NCBI GenBank assembly: GCA_951406725.2 | Contig: OX597831.1 | Coordinates: forward strand, 35,588,001 to 35,652,000 | DNA from: Octopus vulgaris | Taxonomy: Eukaryota | DNA: 64,000 bases | Direction: 5' to 3' | Shown: positions 53,284 to 64,000 of the stretch, one piece after another | Position numbering within the stretch: position 1 is the first letter of the stretch | Layout: each line of letters starts with the position of its first letter | Made by a program: the position numbers and the translations under genes | The notes under the pieces: generated by a model | What the model was told of the DNA's origin: nothing | The model's database searches: none | The model's input: only the letters and a program-made list of their open reading frames with translations

Positions 53284-54120
53284 AACAATAAACAAGATGA
53301 GGACAAATATCCGGCAAATGTAAATAATGTAAATAATGCAAATAATTATATAGGAAGGAGTCTACAGTAAAGAATAATCTTAAACTAAACAGGACATACA
53401 GGAAACAGCTCAGACATATATGGTAAAAAAAGTTGGTACCTTCTGATTCTTCAGAGATGAAGAATATGGTAAGGGTGAAAGGGAAGAGTTGAAGAAATTT
53501 TACAAAATAGAGAGTTTGACACTATTGATGAGGGTTGTTCACAAGATGGCTGCAGTTGTAGCTCTCAGGTTCAAATGCTTAGCAACCCAATGTCTACCTG
53601 TCTGTGTGTCTGTCTCTGCCTCTCGTGTATTCTTCCCCGCTCCATACACACGTACACAAAGAACATAGTGAAATGTGTGGGCCAACCGAGTGACCAACAG
53701 AAATAATAGCAACATCATCAAGATAAAAATAAGTGCCAGTTGAATACTGGGGTATTTAATTCGTCTTTAGTCAAAAGACCCACCGTTAATGTCCTGTTAT
53801 TTGTATTTGTGTACCATTTCTCCATTTTTTTTTGTCCTTGTATTCTGCTTTCTTTTGCTGCTTTCTTCCAAGGAATCTAGTGCTCTTCACTTAGTTTTTC
53901 CTCGGGGCTGGCCAGATTGGAGCAATCTTGAGTATAACCAGCCGAAATTGCAAAGATAATCTGGAACTCGACTGAAGAAAGAAAGCTCCAAATGACCCGT
54001 CCTTGTTTTTTTTTTTGTATCGTCTGTCTGGATGTTTTGTTGTCCTTTTTTGTATCGCCTAACTGTCTGGATGTTTGCATTCTTGTACCATTTTTGTGTG
54101 TATATATATATATTTTAACC

Positions 54121-54192
<72 letters not shown>

Positions 54193-54225
54193 GCACATGT
54201 GGTTACTTTTTTGGGACCTTCCTCT

Positions 54226-54261
54226 ATTTCTGAAGAAGAGCTTTGCTTGAAACATAAAAAT
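54226..54261 (+). ncRNA. Minimal hammerhead motif in a ~160-bp island (54200-54358) between (TA)n tracts
   Basis: UUU-CUGAAGA-A-GAGC-UUU-GCUU-GAAA-CA-UA-AAA. Confidence 0.5.
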
Positions 54262-54513
54262 CCTCTTTCTTTCCCTTCCTGAGTGTCTGATAATACAGTC
54301 CTTGTACCATATCCTCATGTTGCTTTTTCTTGTTTGTTCTTCTTTGTTTGGATTCACTATATATATATATATATATATATATACGCACACACACACACAT
54401 ATATGAGGTAGGCCAAAAGTTGTGCAACTATTTACCATATAAATCTGTATCAAATAGTAGTGTGACTTTTGGATCACCCTGTATATAGATAGATAGATAG
54501 GTAGCTAGATAGG

Positions 54514-54578
<65 letters not shown>

Positions 54579-55139
54579 TGATAGATATATACAGGCAGAT
54601 AGATTAGACAGTTTAGATAATTAGAGATATAGATATAGGATATATATGTATATATATATATATATAGCAAGAGATACTTACACGCACAAACACATGCATG
54701 TGTGCGTGTATGTGTGTATGTGTATGTGTGTGTGTGTGCGTGCATTTAATTCAAGTTGTTTATGTAAAACATGAAAGCAGAGTGAAGAATTATTGGTCCA
54801 GCATTGATGGAAAGCATTGTTATATAAAACAACAGAGAAGGTTAAGAGAGTATTATTATAGAAGAAGATGAAGAGTGTGGAATTGAAATCGAATCAATGT
54901 AAAAACAAAATGCTAAATGGGCAGAAATAATTTTGAAAACAGATAAGGAAAGTTGAATGTTTTAAGATGAGCAAGAAAGTTTAAAAGGATGTTAGCTATT
55001 TAATGAGATGATTTTTTTTTGTGTTGTTGTTGCTGTTGCGTTTGCATATGAGTGTGTGATTATGTGTAGCTGTGTGGATGTATTTGTATGTATGTGGGGT
55101 ACTTATGTGTATATATCCATATATATCCATATATATGTG

Positions 55140-55184
<45 letters not shown>

Positions 55185-55452
55185 ATATATATACACACAT
55201 ATGTATATGATATGCATTACACACACACATGTGTCTGTGTATATATGTACATATATATAACATATATATATATACACACATATATATATATACATACACA
55301 CACACATATACATACATACATACACATACATATACATATACACGCATACATACATACATATACACATACATGCACACATACATGCATAAATACATATATA
55401 TATTTATGTATATATATTCATGTATATATGTATATACATTTATATATAAATT

Positions 55453-55524
<72 letters not shown>

Positions 55525-55983
55525 AAGAAAGAGAGAGATGAGCTTTGATAAAGTTATATTGCAATTGTTACAGAAGGAAGTATATAGAGAGACAATATCT
55601 TTCCTTCTGTTAGAGATTGTGAGAAAGAGAGGTATAGGAAAATTCAAATAGAGTGTGACACCAGGGAGAGAAATATAGGTGCACGTATGCATCTAAGTGC
55701 ATCTGAGTATGCAGATGTATGTATGTATGTATATATGCACTTGTCATTCTATGAGGTGGTGTAGCTGCCAGAGAATAGAAGGAAGGGAAAGAGAGAAAGA
55801 AAGGAAGGAAGAGAGAAAGAAAGAAAAAGATTGAGATTGGCAGATAAAGAAAAGATAGATATGTATCTCTATAGATTAGAGAGGTTGAAAGTGAGAGAAG
55901 GGGAGAGAGAGAGAGAGAGAGAGATAAATGAAGTAAGTGAGGGAGGAAGAAAAAGAAAAATGAGGGAGAAACAGCGAGAGATA

Positions 55984-56018
<35 letters not shown>

Positions 56019-56026
56019 TAATAAAA

Positions 56027-56112
<86 letters not shown>

Positions 56113-56398
56113 ATATCTCACTTGATGAGAAAAGTAGAAAGTGAAAGAGAGAGAGAAAGAGGGAGATGAATGAAGTGAATCAAGGAGAAAGAAAAGGAAT
56201 GATGGAGAAAAAGGGAGAGATGAGTGTGTGTTTGAAAAAAAGAGAGAGAGAGAGAGAGAAAGGGATCAAATGGGAGATATATATCTCCATAGATTAGAAA
56301 AGTAGAAAGTGAAAGAGAGAGAGAGAGAGAGAGCGAGAGAGATGAAGGAGCTGATGGAGTGTGAACAGAAAAATGAAGAGAAAAAGAAAAGGAGAAAA

Positions 56399-56429
<31 letters not shown>

Positions 56430-56935
56430 ATAAAATGGTAGAAAAATATGGTAAAAGTTCCGTTGTACTGACACTGTGCAAAAGATTTGAACTGAGAATT
56501 AAAAAAGCATCAATCAACAGTAAGAAAAAGAGATAAGTTACTTAAGAAGGACTGGCTGGCTGGCTGGCATGTGTTCAGGTGGGTTTGTAGGAAAATATGC
56601 TCGAGAGTATGTGTGCGTATGTGCTTGTGCGTGTGTGTGCGTGTATGTGCGTATGTGTGTGTGTGTGGGTAGGAGGAAGAAGCATGGGAAAGAACAAAGT
56701 GAAAGGTTTGTAAGTTTCAAGAAGAAATGAAATTTTACACATTCAAATTCAAATTCAAATTGATTTATTTCCATTTTACTAATTCATTTATTTAATTATC
56801 ATTCTCATCATCATCATCATCATCATTATCATCATCATTATTATTATTATTATTATTATTGTTGTTGTTGTTGCTGTTGATATTATCATTATTATTATTA
56901 TTATAATTATTATTATTATCATCATCATCATCATC

Positions 56936-57082
<147 letters not shown>

Positions 57083-57467
57083 GTTGTTGTTGTTAATATT
57101 GTTATTGGTATTATTATTATTATTATCATTCTTCTTCTTCTTCTTCTTCTTCTTATTATTATTATTATTATTATTATTATGATTGTTGATATTGTTATTA
57201 TTATTATTATTATTGTTATTGCTGATAAAGAATTGTATATTGTCAATTTTTAAATTTAAGTTACAATACTTCTTGTCTTCGTTCTGTTTGCAGGCAATCC
57301 AACAAAGTTAAGTTTTTAAAAATCCATTACCAATTTTTTTTTCTTTTTTGCTCTCTTTTCTTTGTTTCTTGGCAATTTCACATGATGGAGTGGATATCTG
57401 AAAATTGACAGAACATTTGATATTTAATTAAATTTACTGACACCTCATTCAAAATAAAATAACTATC

Positions 57468-57509
<42 letters not shown>

Positions 57510-57633
57510 TATTATTATTTTTATGTTTTCACTTTGCCTTAATTTATACAAGCTACACCCAAGTCCCAACCAATGATGTCGTTGGACAACATGGTTTTTG
57601 TATCTAAAGATGCTACCAGGTGAGATACCATGC

Positions 57634-57685
<52 letters not shown>

Positions 57686-57878
57686 GTTATTATTATCTTT
57701 CTTTTATTCTTTCTTTTGTATTGGATATAGTTTTTTTTCTTTTTCAATGCTGTGATGCTTTTTTTTTTTTAAATTTGGTCAGCAACAAGTTCAAAGAATC
57801 TAGTTGTCACTAGAACACCGAAGAATTCAGAGATCAGTCTTTGAATGAATTGAATGGCAAATGAAATTTCAGTTTACA

Positions 57879-57909
<31 letters not shown>

Positions 57910-59029
57910 CTGTGCATTTTTTTTTTCATGTTTTGTTTTCTGTGTTATTTATTATTTTTCATCTCTTGACTCAATACAATGGAAATTGTCTCGTAAATGA
58001 TGTCACACCGAGGAGATAACTCAATCAACCCCTATACCTCAGCTGTTTCTTCATAGATGCAGGCATAGATGTGTGGTTTAGAAGTTCACTTCCCAACCAT
58101 ATGGTTTTAAGTTCAGTCTCACCGTGTGGTACCATGGGCCCGTATCTTCTACTATACCCTTGGGTTCAGCAAAAATTGTAAATGGTTTTGGTAGATGGAA
58201 ATTGAAAAAAAGTTACTTGTAACTTTTCCTACCTGAAGAATTTTAAATCCAATATTAACACATTTTTATATGTAGTTCCATTTACTTTGAGTTTCACCAT
58301 TCCAAAAAATAATTATTTCATGTTTCTGAAGCTTCTATGTTCTTATGATATCAATAATATACAATTCCCTCTGGGAAGAAAAAAGCTTCTAAAATGAATA
58401 GAAAAATTCAAAGAATTGTTTGGTCCAATAGTAGAACGTCTGTCATGCTTAAAATGGTTTTGAGTTCCCTATGCAATCTTTGACTTTTTATTTCCAAGGG
58501 AATCTGTGCATATTTATGCATATGTGAGTGTGTATATGTGTGTGTATGGGCTTATATAAATAAATCTGTGTGTGAGAATGTACATGTGAGTTTGTGTGTG
58601 TGTATGTATCTGACCAATGAATACTAAAGGTCAGAGTAGGAAATTCACATATGCAGCCAGCCATGAAGAACAAATCTGAAATACAAGCAAATAGAAGACA
58701 ATACCACTGAAAAGCTAGCCTGTGCCACATACTACCTTCCATTGTAGTTGGACAAACACACTCTCACAGCTTGAACTATGAGGATTTCTGCCACAACCAA
58801 ATTCAAACTACTACAAACAGAGTGGATGGCCTTGAAGTCAAAGATTTTAAACTAATGGAGACAACACTTGTATATCACCTGAGGAAACACAACTAGACCT
58901 CATTATGCAAACAAACAGTTGCATAATCAAATACCTGTATTCTTGGAGGACTACATTGTGTCGAAACAACTGTACTGAATAATAAACAAATGTCCAACTG
59001 TACTCTCACTTTCTGACTCCAATTTCTTC

Positions 59030-59093
<64 letters not shown>

Positions 59094-59450
59094 TATATAT
59101 ACATATATATATATATATGTATATATATACATGCATATAGATATAGATATATAGATATATGTGAATGTGTGTGTGTGTGTCTGTAAGCCATCTAAGAATC
59201 TATAAGCCACTAAAAAAACGCACTCATATATCTTCCCTCATATACCCACTCTACTAGAGTGGGTATATGAATCACAGTGTACAGTATTATATATCGATAA
59301 TGGTCGATTTCATTCCTTAATGGTTACCTCTGAAGAGTGCAGTGTTACATAATTGGACTGTTACCTAACACATCATTGAATTCCTATTGCAAAAACAATT
59401 GGTAAGATCAGCTGTAATGGATATATAATACACTTCAATTAATATATATG

Positions 59451-59486
<36 letters not shown>

Positions 59487-60980
59487 CAATACACATACAT
59501 ATACATGCATATGTATGTGTTTATGTTTCTTTGTTTTAACATTGCACAATAGTTGTAAATGAGTACCATGGTCATACAAAGTTGTTAGAAGTAGTCCAGA
59601 GGTAGAAGAGTCAGGTAGGTGAAGGATTGATATTAATCCTCTAACCCCAAAAAAGGTTGGACAAACAATAACAGGTGTAAAATAGTCTAATCTTTACACC
59701 TGTTTCAAATGATCTGTAACTGGTTCATATAACAATGCATATTGTGTAAGCAGATGCAATACTGAGGCAATGCTAATCATAAATGAAAAAAGCAAAGATA
59801 GTATTAACTACCACGAATTTTGATGGTTGTGCATCATGATGTGATGAATTCATAATATTTTCTTCAGAAGAACCAAGAACAAGTGCATGAAAACAGGTAG
59901 CGTTTGTGGGTTTATGTGTCCCAATATTAGATTATTTTGTGTAGTCAATGAAAACTTACAATCATATTTATGCAAAATTTTCACTCATCATTATTTCTTA
60001 AATTATGAAGAATATGCATGTATACACACCACTATGAAGTCATAGTTCTTAAACTTAATGAAGCAAAGATGGATGAGATTGTTGGTGTAATTGGTAGCAC
60101 ACTTATTGCGAAAGTAAGAGGTGTGAGTTCGATAGCAACGTGTACTAATACCCATTTTTTGTGTCGCCTGACTGGTCCTGTGCTGGTGGCATGTAAAAAG
60201 CACCATTCAAGCATGGTTGTTGCCAGTGTCCCCTGACTGGCTCCCATGCCAGTGGTGTGTAAAAAGCACCAATTGAGCATGGTCATTGTCAGTGCCAGTC
60301 CCTGACTGGCTCCTGTGCTGGCGGCATGCAAAAAGCACCATTCAAGTGTGGTCGATGCCAGTACCGCCTGACTGGCCCTCATGCAGATGGCATGTATAAA
60401 GCACCCACTTCACTCTTGGAGTGGTTAGTGTTAGGAAGGGCATGCAGCTGTAGAAACTTTGCCAGATCAGACTGGAGCCTGGCGCAGTCTTCTGATTTGC
60501 CAGTCCTCAGTCAAACCATCCAACCCATGCCAGCATGGAAAGTGGATGTTAAACGACGATGATTATGATGATAGGTTTATATGCTGCAATATTACATTAT
60601 TTTCTATAGTCAATATATATGCTGAAATTTTATTATATTCAGGAAAATTTTCCCTGGTCACCATTTCTGAACTTATGCTCACACACATACATACTAAAAC
60701 TGGTGTGCACATGTGTTTCGGTGCTATTTGCTGCATAAATGTGCATTAATTTTATCGACTTCACAGATGAAGCACGGATGGCAAATTAATTTATTTGTAC
60801 ATTGATACCGAAACTCAAGTTTGAGGGTAAGTACAAAAATATTTTTTTATTTTCATTCCCTTTGAAATTGCTCTTATTCGTGGTTTGGGCTTTGACTGCC
60901 CTTTCTAGCATGTAAGGTGTCCTGTCACAGGTCACCTCTTTCATGACTAAATGATTAATAAATGCTTAAATTATTTATAC

Positions 60981-61027
<47 letters not shown>

Positions 61028-61424
61028 GGAAAATTATTCCAAACTTAGAGGGAAAAATTCAATTTAGAAATACTAAATCAAATTTCACAAAATATAATAT
61101 ATATATATAAATTAGAAAAAAAACCCACCTTTTATGAATTCAATAAATATATATATGTATGTGTGTGTGTGTGTGTGTATGTCTGTGTTTACTCCCCACC
61201 ATCACTTGACAACCGATGCTGGTTCTTAACAGTTCTGCAAAAAGAGACTGATGGAATAATTACTAAGCTTATTCCCATTCCACCCCCACACCATTACTTA
61301 CACCCACCCCCACCTCTACCCCACCCTCAGCCTAACCCACACCCCACCCTTGCTTTCCCCACTCTTGCCTCCCCAAAATCCCAACACCATTACACCACAT
61401 CATAAACCACCTCACCATATACCT

Positions 61425-61656
61425 ATTTCTTTATTACCCACAAGGGGCTAAACACAGAGGGGACAAACAAGGACAGACAAGCGGATTAAGTCGATTACAT
61501 CGACCCCAATGCGTAACTGGTACTTAATTTATCGACCCCGAAAGGATGAAAGGCAAAGTCAACCTCGGCGGAATTTGAACTCAGAACGTAACGGCAGACG
61601 AAATACGGCTACGCGTTTCGCCCGGCGTGCTAACGTCTCTGCCAGCTCGCCGCCTT
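61425..61656 (-). mobile_element. SINE family A, near-consensus CpG-rich copy
   Basis: Reverse complement: aaggcggcgagctggcagagacgttagc..gagttcaaattccgccgaggttgactttgcctttcatcctttcggggtcgataaattaagtaccagtt; B box GTTCAAATT; about ten other copies in the window. Confidence 0.85.
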
Positions 61657-62000
61657 GCACCTCACCATATACCACCATACCACCATACCACACAGCACCA
61701 CATAAAATCACATCACACCACCATGCACACTCTAGCACTGACCACTTCCCAGCCCCATACCATCATTCACACACCTACACATACACATAAGCACAAGTCA
61801 AGGTCACCAGCGCTTTCCACACGCACATACATGCTCTCTTATACACATGCATGCGCACCTTCGTTTTGGGATCATCACCACTTTATTATCTCCCCTTCTT
61901 CCTAGTTCTCCTGTGTGACCCCCTCTGTCTGGTATTTACCATGATAGATCGCTAGTCACTATGCATTCTTTATTTTCTCTCCTTGTTTCTTTCTGTGTTC

Positions 62001-62036
62001 CTTTCTGTGGAAGAGCATAGACTCGAAACGTTAAAG
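62001..62036 (+). ncRNA. Hammerhead-like motif with a CUGUGGA core in repeat family G (61937-62113; other copies 6570-6763 -, 1170-1285 -)
   Basis: Three-copy consensus CUUU-CUGUGGA-A-GAGC-GUAG-GCUC-GAAA-CGUU-AAAG. Confidence 0.5.
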
Positions 62037-62122
62037 ACTTTTTCACTAATGCAACTGTTTGTTGTCTACACCACCTGTTTTCATCTTTTGTTTTTCTGGG
62101 AAATTCTCCCCCTATATATACA

Positions 62123-62174
<52 letters not shown>

Positions 62175-63127
62175 ATATATATATATATATATATGTGTAT
62201 ATATATATGTGTGTGTATATATAGATATATACATATATATATAAAATACGCATGTATATGCATATACATCTATATCTATATTGACAAACACATCCTCCCC
62301 TACACACACATTCACTCATATATATACACATATACACATGCATACACACAAAAAAATCTGCATATGTTTACCACACATGTCAATACTTCTATAGAACATA
62401 GTTATGAAAACATGTCTACAGTGATGAAATTTTTACCTTATTTTCACATTAAATCTTTTTATTGTACCAGCCAGAGAAACTTCAGGTTATGTTTTTTTTT
62501 TCTGAATACTCACATATATTCTGTCCCCGCCCCCCACTGCCACTGCCAACACTTCTACTACCACCAAAACCACCACCACCAGCATCACCATCACTATTAC
62601 AATCACCATGACCATCGCCACTGCTACTGCCTCTGCTCTCACCAGACTCACCACCACTGCTGTCTCAGACATCACTACCCCTACTACCACCACCATGACC
62701 CCCCACCCCCACCCCACCGTCACTACCACCACCACCACCACCGCCACCATCACCACCACCATTGAGTACATCAGGAAAAAGCGTAAATGTCTGCTCAATT
62801 TACTGTTTTTAAAAACATGCTTCACTAATTTTCTAGAATGTTTCCGAGTCGATCTTAGGATTGCATTTTCACCATTTTACCATTTTACCAATTTAGTGTT
62901 TTACTTTGCCATATCCTGTCTGTCTGACTTTGGTACTTTCGTGTTTCCCGTGTGACTGAATCATTGATCATACCTGGCAATGTGGAAAGTCATGGTTCAG
63001 TGTATACATGCTTATATAGTGACATATATACATATGTACATACATACACACACACACATATATTTCTGTATGTATATGTGAGTGTATGTACATATATATA
63101 TATATATGTAATATAAAATATATGTGT

Positions 63128-63171
<44 letters not shown>

Positions 63172-64000
63172 CGGTAAATAATGTGTATATGTATGTATAT
63201 GTATATTTATATGTATGTATATACGTGTGTGTGTGTGTGCGTGTGTTTGTATATACATATGTATACATGTGTATGTACATATAAAAACATGCGTATATTT
63301 CTACATACCTGCATATGTATACCTACCTACCTAACTACCTAACTGCATACATACATACATACATATATACATATATACATACATATATGTGTGTATATAT
63401 ATAATATATCTATATGTATGCATATATATATATATATATATATGCGTGTACATATGCAGACATATATTTTTTGCACATGTATTTTTTCACACAAATAAAA
63501 CAAATAAATATATAAGAATTCTTTTTCTTAAATCACCTTAAAAAAAACAAAGAAAAAAAAGCAAACATTAAATAAAAATACATGTAAGAAATCAGAGATA
63601 AATTTCTAATAGTTGTTTCCTCTTCATGATTGGAATGCAAGGAGTGGAGGAATGGTGAAACTCAGGCAGGTGTGGGGGTGGTTTTCTTGTGAAGATATTC
63701 TACAGGAAATATAGAACATTATTGCAACTGTAAAAGAAAGTAAAATCTTGATTTTCCCCCTTCCCGCCGAATGAAAAATTAATGGCCAAAAGTGTAATGG
63801 AATTAGAGTGTAAACTAAAGTGAGTTAGTTGTTTACTAGTTATTGGCGTTAGTGTTTAACCCTAGGTCAAACCTGATTGAGCAAAACCTATGATCAAAAC
63901 TACAGATGTTATATGTATGAGTCATGGCTCACTCTTATAAAACAAATATTCTGTTATTATGTAGTTTTAGTAATTTTGAATCTTCTTCTTTGCTCTTTGA

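Noticed and set aside
62608-62955. Thr-rich mucin-like ORF
   Set aside because: A (CAC)n-derived low-complexity tract like others in the window; no convincing acceptor.

Overview
Eukaryotic, AT-rich DNA saturated with microsatellites and repeats. The SINE families and (TA)n/(TAA)n density look like an octopus-type (coleoid cephalopod) genome; this is inferred, not proven. Almost all listed ORFs are microsatellite artefacts. Real host coding content is four short, phase-compatible + strand exons (7098-7198, 9251-9322, 19039-19146, 25613-25739) that splice into a C-terminus resembling the ciliary protein CFAP221/PCDP1. The rest is mobile DNA: at least four tRNA/RTE-type SINE families, five 5'-truncated R4/Dong-type RLE LINE pieces (four abutting or near (TAA)n), a ~555-bp non-coding (TAA)n-embedded element, a decayed Penelope-like element (RT + GIY-YIG), a DD37D (maT) transposon remnant, MITEs, a HINE-like element, an RTE fragment and a miniature LTR element (TRIM). 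The most striking unexplained signal is several distinct short repeat families that each carry a minimal type I hammerhead-ribozyme fold, including core variants (U3-A8; A6U), sitting at microsatellite edges. Repeat boundaries are approximate and family assignments come from motif recognition only.
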